A stretch of DNA of 64,000 bases from Nitrospirales bacterium (GCA_963555755.3 OY820905.2:3040001-3104000); one strand, 5' to 3'; counted from the stretch's first letter, positions 20,617-31,053 are shown. A program made the numbers and translations. The notes: a model not told the origin generated them from the letters alone.

Positions 20617-21212
20617 TTTTTCATCCAGGCGTACGCGCGCTTTGTTAAATGGATCCCGTCCCGACCGTCATATTTGGGAAATCCTTCCAATACCGCACGG
20701 GCAATTCCTTGGGTGGTGCCCTCGATGGCATAGGTCATGGCACCCATGCTTTCCGCCAGGGATCCGCGCAAATTAATGGACCACATGTAATGCGTGAGGG
20801 CCTCCACTTCGGGAAGAACCGGGAAGTCATGCAGCTCTTCACGAGTGATACCAAAGGCGTCGGTCATGTCCATCCACTGCTTCGCATGCCATTTTTCCAC
20901 CCGAACGTTGTCGATGAGAATCTCCCGGGCAAAGGCCTCCTGGGCTTTCGCAATATTCAAGGCAATCCATTGAGGAAAGGTTTCGATGAAGGGATACAGT
21001 TGCATCAACCACCCGCGCATTTGTTCAAGGGACAGGGTCCCCTGGGATGTTTCTTTCACCAGGGGGCAATTGAAGATACGTTGCTGATAGGGGTCCGTTT
21101 CATTGTTCAGATGAACAATCCATGGCGGATGTGGGGAAAATGATGGCCGTTTGCTCCCAGACACCTCGGTGAACCGGCTGGCTTGATGGGGAAAGGTCAG
21201 TAGCTGTGACAT
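20617..21212 (-). pseudogene. undA: 5' fragment of the UndA-like (TenA/HO-like) diiron fatty-acid decarboxylase
   Basis: NVRVEKWHA and YAIEG match UndA-type NIRVELNHA/YAIEG; GGAGG RBS; reconstructed protein is 265 aa. Confidence 0.82.
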
Positions 21213-21517
21213 GTCATCCTCCCTGACGAACGAATTTTTTTTAATAAAGATAAGCCCCCTTCTGACAGCTTATTGACACTATCGCAAAACCGTTGCCAGG
21301 CAAATTTTACCCATCACGGGCTTGATTTTCACCCATAACGGGGACGACGACTGACAGTATTCACAATATTTTCAATTGGTTCTAGAGTGGATTAGAAGAC
21401 TACGATCAGATGGGCTGAAACGGAGATGGGTTGATCGCTGGCGTCAGAAAGTTGACAGGTGTTGAAAAGATTGACGACAGCGATCTTCCGATTGTAAGGG
21501 CCCGGGGATGTCTCACC

Positions 21518-21862
21518 TCATTCCGAAAATGACAATTCCATTTCTTTAGTTGGTTTGGCACTTTGAGGTTTTCCCCGAAATTTTTGGATTTCGGTGGTGA
21601 TGGCTTTAAATGCAGCGCGAATGGCTTCTTCAAAGGTCTTGCCTTCTTTTCTGGCCGTGAGGGTGTGACGAGGGGGAAGGGTTAAGACGATTAAGGCTTC
21701 GGCATTATCATTTCCTTTTTTGTGGTGGGGGTTTTTCGACAACGTGACCCGCCCATGGGTGATGTGTTGATGTTCAGTCTGCAATTCCTCCATGCGTGTT
21801 TCAATCTCGCTTTTCCACCGAGGCGTCATCCCTACATTCCGACTTTCGATTTTTAAATCCAT
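21518..21862 (-). CDS. HPF/RaiA family ribosome-associated protein
   Basis: MDLKIESRN...ITHGRVTL...AIRAAF pattern; GAGGAGG RBS. Confidence 0.8.
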   Translation of the reverse strand: MDLKIESRNVGMTPRWKSEIETRMEELQTEHQHITHGRVTLSKNPHHKKGNDNAEALIVLTLPPRHTLTARKEGKTFEEAIRAAFKAITTEIQKFRGKPQSAKPTKEMELSFSE

Positions 21863-22100
21863 TCTGGCCTCCTCATGTACGAAATCACGTTTTTATCGAT
21901 CCAATCTCTATTGTATTCCAAAACATCTCTTGTACCAAGGGGGAAGGCACTCAAAAACTTTCGGGCGAAAATAGAGTCTGAAGATTGACATACTTCCTGA
22001 GAACATGAAATACGGGGTTTGTGTCCTTGTCCATCACGGTCTTGTTTGGCACCAGCATAATCGAGTAGTATAGAAAGCCTTATTATCCGGAGGAACACCA

Positions 22101-22865
22101 ATGGCTATGACAAAAGATCCCGCACAATCAGCTGCCGCAACGTTCGATCAGGATATCCAGCAATTTCGACAGCAGTTAGCTTCGCTCAAGGCGTTTCTGA
22201 TGAATTCGTCTACGACCTCGATTGAGGAGTTTGATCTAGCCACGGAAGAGCTTATAGCCGGAGTGTTCGGCCGGTCATCGACGAATCATGAAACCTATGA
22301 ATATGCGGAGCTGGGAGAAGCTGGCGGGCTGGTCAATTTAACGGAAGAGGCGCCGGAAGGGGCCAATTTAGATGAAAATCGCCAGAATCTACGGCAACGA
22401 CAGCGGGTGCTCGAAACCTGTATCGCGGATCTTGAAGCGCGTCGAGCCCAAGCGGCTTCTGGGAAAAAAACCAAGAAAGCCTCAGGCCCCAAAGTCACAG
22501 ACTTTATGTCCCAAACCATTCGATTGGTTTCCCAAGAGGCGACGCTAAAAGAGGCCGCCAAATTATTGCAGGAGTGGAAGGTCGGTTCGCTTTTGGTCGA
22601 TGGAGGCGATGAACTTGTCGGCAGTATCACCGAAACGGAGTTGACCCGCGAAGTCATTGCGAACGGTGTCGATGCCAATACCACCACCGTCGAGACCTGT
22701 ATGCGGGAACCGATTATTTCGCTGGAAAGCAGTGATTCCGTGGTCGAAGCCGTTCGGTTGATGAAAGAAAAAGCCACCCGACATGTGTGTGTCACCGAGA
22801 GTGGAAAAATTGTCGGGCTGATATCGGTCTCGGACATCCTCCGTTATTACTCAGGGGTCAGGTAA
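22101..22865 (+). CDS. CBS-pair protein with helical N-terminal domain
   Basis: Two C-terminal CBS repeats (VGSLLV...GSITE; RHVCV...GLISVSD). Confidence 0.85.
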   Translation: MAMTKDPAQSAAATFDQDIQQFRQQLASLKAFLMNSSTTSIEEFDLATEELIAGVFGRSSTNHETYEYAELGEAGGLVNLTEEAPEGANLDENRQNLRQRQRVLETCIADLEARRAQAASGKKTKKASGPKVTDFMSQTIRLVSQEATLKEAAKLLQEWKVGSLLVDGGDELVGSITETELTREVIANGVDANTTTVETCMREPIISLESSDSVVEAVRLMKEKATRHVCVTESGKIVGLISVSDILRYYSGVR

Positions 22866-23095
22866 ACCCTCAGCAGGCCCCTACCAGGTTTTTTACCTCC
22901 TTCTTACCAAGTATACCCACCTACATATAATCACGTTGACTACCCTGGCTGACTCATCGTCAGCCAGGCCTGATTCCCGCATGAGGATTGTTCGTCCGAT
23001 GAGACGGAAATTCTCAAATATTTTGTGGGTTTGTAGATGCGAGTTTTGTATCAAGAATCCTCCAATTCGATTTAAGTTGGTCAAAAAGTAGACCG

Positions 23096-24040
23096 ATGAT
23101 TAATGGAAATCCCCCCCTAAAACTGTGTGGGCCTGGGAGCCGGGTTGAAATTTTTAATCATGAGACCCTATTGATGACTGAATCCCTTGCATTCGTTGAA
23201 CTGGAACCGCTCGAACAGATTCATGCGGCCTTGGTCGATCAGATAGCCAAGGATGATCTCAAGCTTCCGCTTCTCCCACACGTTGCCACTGAAATCCTCA
23301 ATGTAACAAGTGATCCTGATGCCGAGATGGTGCAGTTGGCCGGGTTAATCCAACAAGATCAAGCCATAGCCAGCCAGATCCTGAGAATTGCCAACTCGGC
23401 CGCCTATGCACCACGGTTCCCGATCGTCTCGATGCAACAAGCCGTATCCTGGTTAGGCATGAAGATGTTGGGCGAACTCGCGTTAACGATTTCCATTGAA
23501 AGTGGAGTCTTTCGTGTTCAGGGATATGAACCGGAAATTACCAGCCTCTGGCGGCACGCGTTGGCGTCAGGTCTCTACGCCAAGGAAATTGCGCGGGTCG
23601 GGCGACACAATGTGGAAGGCGCATTTTTGGGTGGACTGCTGCATACGATTGGCAAGCCGGTCGTTCTGAATGCTGTGTTGGAGATTCAACAGACGATGGG
23701 TCTGGCACTGGAGTGGGAGTCGTTTTCCATGTTGCTGGATGTGCATCACGTACAGGTTGGCGCGTCGGTCGTGGAAAAATGGAAACTGCCCCCTCAAGTG
23801 AAAGAGGCGATTCTGTATTATCGTGATTATACGAAGTCTCCGAATCCGAGTCCCGTGGCGATGGTGACCTGTTTGGCCGATTATTTGGCCTCTCACATCT
23901 TAAAGTTGGATTCTCTTGATGAAGCCGGTTTGCAAAGTCTTCCTGTGGTCGACGCGTTGAATCTATATCCGGACGATATGGACACGCTGTTCACCCATGG
24001 GAAAACCATTCTACAATCCGTCGATGCCATGGTGGTATGA
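23096..24040 (+). CDS. HDOD domain protein
   Basis: LPLLP, ILRIANS, GLLHTIGK; start may be near 23174. Confidence 0.88.
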   Translation: MINGNPPLKLCGPGSRVEIFNHETLLMTESLAFVELEPLEQIHAALVDQIAKDDLKLPLLPHVATEILNVTSDPDAEMVQLAGLIQQDQAIASQILRIANSAAYAPRFPIVSMQQAVSWLGMKMLGELALTISIESGVFRVQGYEPEITSLWRHALASGLYAKEIARVGRHNVEGAFLGGLLHTIGKPVVLNAVLEIQQTMGLALEWESFSMLLDVHHVQVGASVVEKWKLPPQVKEAILYYRDYTKSPNPSPVAMVTCLADYLASHILKLDSLDEAGLQSLPVVDALNLYPDDMDTLFTHGKTILQSVDAMVV

Positions 24041-25431
24041 GTTCCAATAATCATTTTGACATTTTAGTGATCGGCAGTGGGCCCGCTGGCCAAAAAGCCG
24101 CCATTCAGGGCGCGAAGGCCGGAAAGCGCGTGGCGCTGGTTGAGCGCGATAAGCAAGTCGGCGGGGCTTGCGTCCACCACGGTACCATCCCCAGCAAGAC
24201 CCTTCGAGAAAGTGCCCTCAACATGGTTCGGTTTCAGCGAACCTCCAATGTGTTTGACTTCCGGTTACGGGATGATCTGACCGTACCAGCTTTAATTCAA
24301 CGACTGGATGAAGTCGTCCAAGCCCACTCCGTGTTTATGGCGGCCCAACTCGATCGTAATCAGGTGACACGCATCCATGCCCGAGCCAAATTTATCTCTG
24401 AGCATGACATTGAGTGTACGACCCCGAAGCGGACGACCGATCGGTACTCAGCTGATGTGATTGTCATTGCTACCGGGTCGCGGCCCCGACGCCCGGACAA
24501 TGTTCCAGTCGATCATGAACATATACTCGATAGCGATTCGATCCTCTCCATGACGTATTTACCGAAAACCCTCATGGTCTTGGGTGGAGGGGTGATTGCC
24601 AGTGAGTACGCCTCGTTCTTCTCCATACTGGGAGTTCAAGTCGTGATGGTCGATCAAGCCGACCGTCCCCTCCGGTTTATGGATGCCGAAATTACGAATG
24701 GTTTCGTCCAGGCCTTTCAAGCATCTGGTGGACGCTACTACGGACAGCAAAAGATCGAAAGCGTGAAATGGGATGGTCTGTCCAAAGTCATGACCCTGTT
24801 GGGGAATGGGGAAGTTCTGGAAAGCGAAAAAATGTTAATGGCCCTTGGGCGCGTGGCCAATATCGAGGATCTGAATCTTCAAACCGTTGGCATTGAACCT
24901 ACGCCTCGTGGGGTGATTCCTGTTGATGAATTCTTCCGAACCACCCTTCCTCACGTGTATGCCGTCGGTGATGTGATTGGGCCTCCATCCTTAGCGTCGT
25001 ATTCCATGGAGCAAGGTCGGCGAGCGGTGTGTCATGCGCTGGCGATTGATCCTGGTCATCCAGCCGAAATGGTGCCCATGGGAATTTTCACCGTGCCGGA
25101 AATGTCGAGCGTCGGTATTAACGAAGAGGAAGCGGTGTCGCGTCATGGAGGCGCAATGGTGGGTCGAGCCAGATTTCAGGAAATTGCCCGTGGGCAGATT
25201 TCAGGGGTGACGGATGGCTTGTTAAAACTCGTTGCCGATCCTCAAGGTAAGAAATTGCTCGGAATCCATATCGTGGGCGAAGGCGCATGCGATTTGGTGC
25301 ATATTGGACAAATGGGACTCTTAGCCAAAGTCGAGATTGACAGTTTTGTCGAAAACATCTTTAACTTTCCCACCATGGCAGAAACCTACCGAGTCGCGGC
25401 TCTGGATATCGTCAAACAGCGTCCGCGGTAA
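24037..25431 (+). CDS. sthA: Soluble pyridine nucleotide transhydrogenase
   Basis: GSGPAG, GGACVHHGTIPSKTLRE (no redox CxxxxC), FNFPTMAE. Confidence 0.88.
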   Translation: MSSNNHFDILVIGSGPAGQKAAIQGAKAGKRVALVERDKQVGGACVHHGTIPSKTLRESALNMVRFQRTSNVFDFRLRDDLTVPALIQRLDEVVQAHSVFMAAQLDRNQVTRIHARAKFISEHDIECTTPKRTTDRYSADVIVIATGSRPRRPDNVPVDHEHILDSDSILSMTYLPKTLMVLGGGVIASEYASFFSILGVQVVMVDQADRPLRFMDAEITNGFVQAFQASGGRYYGQQKIESVKWDGLSKVMTLLGNGEVLESEKMLMALGRVANIEDLNLQTVGIEPTPRGVIPVDEFFRTTLPHVYAVGDVIGPPSLASYSMEQGRRAVCHALAIDPGHPAEMVPMGIFTVPEMSSVGINEEEAVSRHGGAMVGRARFQEIARGQISGVTDGLLKLVADPQGKKLLGIHIVGEGACDLVHIGQMGLLAKVEIDSFVENIFNFPTMAETYRVAALDIVKQRPR

Positions 25432-25433
25432 CG

Positions 25434-27041
25434 TCACCGTATCTCACGTTTCTTTTTTGGCAACCCCGATTGGTTCCGAAGAGCCTGAATGACCTTTTGA
25501 GGATCAAAGGGTTCTTCGGAATTGACGCTGAACGTCACGGTCTGCTCATCCTGTTCCAACGGTTCTTGCTGACGTTGTTGTTCCTGTAACACGGCAAGGT
25601 CAGCTTCCGATGCATCGGACCGTTGTTCTGCCCGAGTGGTAATCCGCTCCTGCATTGTCGCGAGGGATGATTGAACATCCAGAATGAGGAACGGAACGGC
25701 TTCCTCCTCCGCGAGTCGGCGAAAGAGATCTCGATAGTGGCGTTTGAGAAATGTTGCATCCACAATCACGGTATAGCCGGATGAAAGGAGTCTTTGTGCC
25801 GTGTTCCGTAAATGGTGGTACAAGGCGTCTGTGGTATCAGACCCGTAGAGTTCTGTTTTGACCTCCCGCGCTCTGCGCAGGTCTGGGGACAGGCCAAACA
25901 GTCGCTTGCGTTCGATATCGGATCGCAGGCGAATCGTCCCCATCGATTCCAAGAGGTTTTGGGAAAGCGTAGACTTTCCCGAACCGGAGAGCCCATGCAT
26001 GATAATGAGGCTCGGAGGGTCGGGGTGAGCCAACCTTTGAGCTAGGGTGATGTATCGATGACATTGGTCGGCAAGAGAGGCCGATGTGCTGTCAACTTGA
26101 GGGTTTTGGTTCAGGCGAATGCGGGCGATCTTGGCACGCACTAAGGCGCGATACACTTCATAGAATCGAATGATAGCCATCCCCTCGTAATCGCCCGTCT
26201 GTTCGAGGTAGGCGTTGAGAAATCTTGCCGCAAAATCCCGCCGTCCGTGGGCCATACAGTCCACCACGAAAAACGAGATATCGCTCATTACATCGATCCA
26301 TCGCAACCGTTCGCTGAATTCAATGCCGTCAAACGGGGTAGCAATATCATCGAGGAGCACCACGTTACCCAGATGAAGATCTCCATGACATTCTCGAATG
26401 AATCCCTGACTTTTTCGATTGGCAAAGGCCTGATCGCAATGGGCATGTTCCTGCTGCAACCACTGTTGGAGTGATCGAAGAAAATCACGGTCGTCTGAGG
26501 GTTGGGTTTCCTGAGAAAAGTGGTCAAGCACATCCATGACCGTCTTGCCCACGACTTCAGAATCCCCCAAAGAAGTAGACTCCGGGGAAGCAGGAAGGCT
26601 GGTGTGAAATCGGGCCAAGTCTTTGGCAAGCTGATCGATGTGCCGATTCTGAACCTTACCTTTTGGGAAAGCATGGTCAAGCGTGGCATCGAGTGGGAAT
26701 TGCCGCATTTTGACTGCAAATTCAAAAGGTTCAGTGTCGCCATTAAAACTTGGTGCTTGCGGTGTACCCTTGAGTGATACAACCTCGAGATAGAGAGTCG
26801 GTGCGAGCCGTCCATTGAGCCGCAATTCCTCAAGGCAGGCGTGGTGTCTTAGAGCGAGAGTGGAAAAATCCACAAATCCAAGGTTGACGGGTTTTTTGAT
26901 CTTGTACGCAAAGGGTCCCGTCAGGAGTACCCAGGAGATATGTGTTTCTTGGATTGTGATCTGGGTGACAGGATGTGGATAGACCGAAGGATTCGTAAGG
27001 GCCTGGATCAAATTCTGTGCTTGGTCGAGATTCGCGTTCAA
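25434..27041 (-). CDS. Bifunctional APH-like kinase / AAA_33 P-loop protein
   Basis: ETHISW, HGDLHLGN, DGIEF, GLSGSGKST. Confidence 0.88.
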   Translation of the reverse strand: MNANLDQAQNLIQALTNPSVYPHPVTQITIQETHISWVLLTGPFAYKIKKPVNLGFVDFSTLALRHHACLEELRLNGRLAPTLYLEVVSLKGTPQAPSFNGDTEPFEFAVKMRQFPLDATLDHAFPKGKVQNRHIDQLAKDLARFHTSLPASPESTSLGDSEVVGKTVMDVLDHFSQETQPSDDRDFLRSLQQWLQQEHAHCDQAFANRKSQGFIRECHGDLHLGNVVLLDDIATPFDGIEFSERLRWIDVMSDISFFVVDCMAHGRRDFAARFLNAYLEQTGDYEGMAIIRFYEVYRALVRAKIARIRLNQNPQVDSTSASLADQCHRYITLAQRLAHPDPPSLIIMHGLSGSGKSTLSQNLLESMGTIRLRSDIERKRLFGLSPDLRRAREVKTELYGSDTTDALYHHLRNTAQRLLSSGYTVIVDATFLKRHYRDLFRRLAEEEAVPFLILDVQSSLATMQERITTRAEQRSDASEADLAVLQEQQRQQEPLEQDEQTVTFSVNSEEPFDPQKVIQALRNQSGLPKKKREIR

Positions 27042-27209
27042 GGAACACCCTTTGGGTTTGGAGAGGTCATACGTTATTTTTTTTCAAAAGGCTAACTTAG
27101 TTTGAACCATTTCTCCAACCTCATGTAATTGCCTGTAAGGATGAAATCTGGAATTCATATTGGGGCTTTCTTACTTTTTAGAAAAATCAGCAAAATCCGC
27201 GCCAATTGT

Positions 27210-27480
27210 AGAAATCATTTTCCACAGAATCTGGGGATAAACTGGTGAAAACAATTTTTCCTGCCCACGTTTGGTGGTTCCTGATCTACCAAGTAAGCAA
27301 GTTGCACAATATTTGGGCATAGTAGTCAGAAAAATTCTGACACCATATATTGTGTGTTCTGAGCCATTACGTAGAAATTTTAATCTATGTGTGGAAAATC
27401 ACTTATAAAACTGTGACTTGGATTAATATTTCCTTGGCAGAGACTTTTCTAAAAAGATAGATTCCCTTTTATCCACAAGA
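27210..27480. promoter_or_regulatory. AT-rich cluster of DnaA boxes with NrdR-box-like motifs
   Basis: TTTTCCACA 27218-27226, TGGGGATAA 27232-27240, TGTGGAAAA 27390-27398, TTATCCACA 27469-27477; ACACCATATATTGTGT 27340-27355. Confidence 0.6.
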
Positions 27481-27560
27481 ACTGTTAACAAATTCTTGGT
27501 GTTGGTATTGCGTTGGTGGATTTTTTGGAACGTCACTGTGTCAGATGCAATGTCATTTTT

Positions 27561-27939
27561 AACCTAGAAACACCAGTTGGGCGCAAAAAAGACGTGTAAG
27601 CTTAGGAGCCGGTCCGAGATTAGCGATCGTCACGAGGATGGGCTGGTTTGAGTCAGATGTTTCGATCGTTTGAGGCGAATAGTGGGACTATTCAACGAAA
27701 ACGGGGAAGGTTGAAAAAGGGCGTCCAGCAAGGCCGCAGGGCTTTGGGCGCGCGGAGCGTACACGCAGTACGTGAGCACGCCAAAAGCCCGAGAACGCAG
27801 CTGGCGGTCTTTTTCAACCTTCCCCGAAAAGGATCGGAAGATCTGGCCACATCCAGCACCTCCGTAGTAGATCAGTCTAATCTGGGACAGGCTCCCAAGC
27901 TTGCGCGGACTTTTGTGATCCAACTGCTGTTTCTAGGTT
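27561..27939. mobile_element. MITE family D (TIR AACCTAGAAACAGCAGTTGG) containing a nested family A copy
   Basis: Same ends as 47599-47765. Confidence 0.8.
27702..27826. mobile_element. MITE family A nested in family D
   Basis: CGGGGAAGGTTGAAAAAG...CTTTTTCAACCTTCCCCG; A-runs on both flanks; shared core. Confidence 0.82.
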
Positions 27940-27970
27940 TAACATCCCCGAAAGGAAAACCTGAAGTAAA

Positions 27971-28342
27971 ATGATTGGTCTTTCAACCCTGGCCACGATA
28001 ATTTCGGTCTTCTCGTTTCCTCTGGTCTTTGTCGCCCTCATCTATCCGCATTTAACAAGCGCCAGGGGACGGTGGTACGGCGTATGCCTCTATGGAGGAA
28101 TATCAATTGGGATGATGCTGGTCGCGGTAGTGACTTCTCCCGATCCTCATGGAACCAACCAGGAATGGACTTGGATAGATTGGCTTGTCATAGCCTCCGG
28201 GTGCGGATTCTTTCTGGTCTTCATTGCCAGCAAGTATTCAAACCTCAAAAAACAGGTGTTGGCTAAAAGAGGGACCGAAGCAAAAAAGAAAGGCGGTCGG
28301 CAGGAAAAAAATCTACAAGGAAGAAGGAAACGTCCATCATAA
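27971..28342 (+). CDS. Small membrane protein (3 TM, basic tail)
   Basis: Hydrophobicity pattern only. Confidence 0.55.
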   Translation: MIGLSTLATIISVFSFPLVFVALIYPHLTSARGRWYGVCLYGGISIGMMLVAVVTSPDPHGTNQEWTWIDWLVIASGCGFFLVFIASKYSNLKKQVLAKRGTEAKKKGGRQEKNLQGRRKRPS

Positions 28343-28491
28343 TCATTTTCGGGTGCTCAAAAAGTGGAAAGGAAAGCGGGGGAGTGGAAAGGGAAACCGA
28401 TTGGCCTTTTTGTGATGGTCGTTGATTGACCATCTAGCATGTGGACCATCTATGTAGGGGCGTAAAAGGACAACCAGTTTCGCTTATCCAC

Positions 28492-28905
28492 TTACGAAGG
28501 CCTGTGATGGCACGAGGATAGGGGATGTCCGTTTTTGAGAGTTCGTCCAACTGTCCACAGTAGATGATCCAAATCAAAGGGTTTGGACAGGACCGCTGTG
28601 GCTCCAGCATCAAGCGCCTGAATCCGCAGGTCGTGATCCGAATGCGCCGTCATCATGACAATCTGGGGACAGGGACTCCCCGAGTCCTGATTCAATCTAC
28701 GGATAACCTCCAAGCCATTCATCACCGGCATGGAATAGTCCAGGAGAATGAGGGCAAACTCTTCGGCCTCGATTTTCTCGAGTGCTTCCAATCCATTCCT
28801 CGCCTCATCACAGTGATATCCATAGGGCTCTAGGGCGGTTCGAAGAATAAAGCGAATATCAGAATTATCATCCACTATGAGAATGCATTTCATGCGGTCT
28901 TCCAT
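28492..28905 (-). CDS. Single-domain response regulator
   Basis: IVDD...LDYSMP...MTA...KPF. Confidence 0.88.
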   Translation of the reverse strand: MEDRMKCILIVDDNSDIRFILRTALEPYGYHCDEARNGLEALEKIEAEEFALILLDYSMPVMNGLEVIRRLNQDSGSPCPQIVMMTAHSDHDLRIQALDAGATAVLSKPFDLDHLLWTVGRTLKNGHPLSSCHHRPS

Positions 28906-28924
28906 CCCTTTTTCCTCCCGGGGC

Positions 28925-29371
28925 TCAATTCAACTCGGCCTTGAATCCTTCATGCCCGTAGGTTTGTGGATTGCGCCCTAACTGTGCCCCGCATCGGTGA
29001 AGAAACACCCGGCGGCATTTTTGTTTGAACAGATGTTGCGATACAGGTTTGGTCAAATAGTCGTGTGCTCCACTTTCCAACGCTTCGAGCAACAAATCCG
29101 TCATATCCACACTTGCCAGAACAATAACGGGAATATCCGCGTACCGTTGGCGAAGTTGTGTGAGCATCGCGAGACCGTCCATCACAGGGACCTGTAGGTC
29201 AAGAATCAGGCCGTCGATTGATTGGGAGCGCAACACATACATCGCCTGCCCCCCATCACCAACAGCGGTGACGTGGTAGCCCATGTCCTGGAGCCATTGG
29301 TCAAACAACGTGGACGCAGCGTGATCTGGTTCCACAATTAACATTCGTTGGGTCATGACGGAATAATCCAT
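28925..29371 (-). CDS. Single-domain response regulator
   Basis: LDLQVP...KPV; start codon uncertain. Confidence 0.8.
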   Translation of the reverse strand: MDYSVMTQRMLIVEPDHAASTLFDQWLQDMGYHVTAVGDGGQAMYVLRSQSIDGLILDLQVPVMDGLAMLTQLRQRYADIPVIVLASVDMTDLLLEALESGAHDYLTKPVSQHLFKQKCRRVFLHRCGAQLGRNPQTYGHEGFKAELN

Positions 29372-29619
29372 GGGCCCGCTCCATTGGTTATATGTTGATT
29401 CTTGACTCATAGTTGGTGAGCAATGACGACCTGTACCCACAGCGTACGCTGTCAAGATGAGGATGAGGTTAGATGAAGATTAGAAGTTTCTCATGAACCG
29501 GACCGCAAAAAGAGAGAGGAAGATCCGAAAAACTGTATGGTCCGATACAAAAAGGAGCTTGGTGAAATTAAAGAAGCATTTCGAAAGGCCGGCAGCTATA
29601 ATACCAAGGATTCAGGCGA

Positions 29620-30435
29620 GTGAATGATCCACGCGAAGGACGTTGCCGAACACACCATCGGAAAACATGGAAAAGAATCGTGCGGGACGGATCACAACTT
29701 GGAATGTGGGTCGGGGCGTTGTTAGGATTTCATCTTGTTATGTCGATATCGAGTCATGGCATGGAACTCAAAAGCCTCGCGGATCCCCAACCTCGACAAG
29801 TTGCGCGAGATAGGATGGTGCGGGAGCAAATCATCGCACGCGGGGTGAAAGACTTCCACGTTATTCAGGCCTTGCGGAAGGTTCCTCGCCATGAGTTCGT
29901 TCCCGAATCAGAGAGAGAAGAGGCCTACGAGGATCATCCCTTGCCCATTGGGTTTGGGCAAACCATTTCCCAACCCTACATTGTTGCGTTCATGACGGAA
30001 GCGTTGACGCTTCTACCGCATGAACGCGTGCTCGAAATTGGAACTGGGTCGGGCTATCAAGCGGCCATTCTGGCTCAATTGGTGGACAAGGTCTTCAGCA
30101 TTGAAATTGTCGGGTCACTCGCCCAGAGGGCCAAAGAAACATTAACAAAATTAGGATTGATCAACGTCACGGTCCGAGCAGGGGATGGCTACCAAGGCTG
30201 GCCGGAGGAGGCGCCGTTTGATGCGATCATTCTGACCGCAGCACCGGCACACATTCCACAGCCGCTGTTGGATCAGCTCGCCATCGGAGGACGGTTGATT
30301 CTTCCGCTTGGGAAGACCGTGCAAAAACTGATGCTGATTAGAAGAACACAAGAGGGATGGCGAAAAGAAGAACTGCTTCCCGTGGCGTTTGTGCCCATGA
30401 CTGGAGAAGCAGAAAACGCCCCTTTGCCAGAATAA
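29620..30435 (+). CDS. pcm: Protein-L-isoaspartate O-methyltransferase
   Basis: VPRHEF, GQTISQP, LEIGTGSGY, APFDAI; start uncertain. Confidence 0.93.
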   Translation: MNDPREGRCRTHHRKTWKRIVRDGSQLGMWVGALLGFHLVMSISSHGMELKSLADPQPRQVARDRMVREQIIARGVKDFHVIQALRKVPRHEFVPESEREEAYEDHPLPIGFGQTISQPYIVAFMTEALTLLPHERVLEIGTGSGYQAAILAQLVDKVFSIEIVGSLAQRAKETLTKLGLINVTVRAGDGYQGWPEEAPFDAIILTAAPAHIPQPLLDQLAIGGRLILPLGKTVQKLMLIRRTQEGWRKEELLPVAFVPMTGEAENAPLPE

Positions 30436-30501
30436 CGAAAAAAGCCACGATCAGCATTGTCCTGGTTTGTGCCAACTCAGGTAAGGAAAAGGAGAGATAA
30501 A

Positions 30502-31053
30502 ATGAAAGGGAAGCAATGGACTTTCAGTTCCATGAGAGTGTTTAGAAAAATACCTGCGCTGTCGGTTGCCATTGCGCTAACAGGAACAATAAATTTTGCA
30601 GCCGCAGAAGGTTTACCAAAAGAAAGAGTCCTTCCCCTTTCGCTCGCTCAACAAGCCGCGGCTGCAGCTCTGGCGAAATGTGAGAATGGCGGATACAAGG
30701 TGAGTGTTGCAGTGGTAGACCGAGGCGGCAACCTGAAAGTTCTGTTGCGGGGCAATGGAGCTGGCCCTCACACAGTGGATAGTAGTTCGCGAAAAGCCTA
30801 TACCTCGGCGAGTCTTCGGCGTTCGACCGAGCATTTGGCCCAGCTCATGACCAAATTTCCTAGCATCCAAGGGCTACGCGATATGAATGAAAAGATTTTA
30901 ATTTTGGGTGGCGGCTTGCCAATTGAGATGCAGGGAGAGGTCGTTGGTGGAATCGGTGTTGGTGGGGCTCCAGGCGCTCATCTCGATGAAACTTGTGCTG
31001 CAGCAGGGCTCCAGAGCATTGGCTCGGCACCAAAAGGAGCACAAGCCAAATGA
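30502..31053 (+). CDS. GlcG/HbpS family heme-binding protein, exported
   Basis: VAVVDRGG, KAYTS, GGLPI...GGIGVGG; signal peptide. Confidence 0.88.
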   Translation: MKGKQWTFSSMRVFRKIPALSVAIALTGTINFAAAEGLPKERVLPLSLAQQAAAAALAKCENGGYKVSVAVVDRGGNLKVLLRGNGAGPHTVDSSSRKAYTSASLRRSTEHLAQLMTKFPSIQGLRDMNEKILILGGGLPIEMQGEVVGGIGVGGAPGAHLDETCAAAGLQSIGSAPKGAQAK

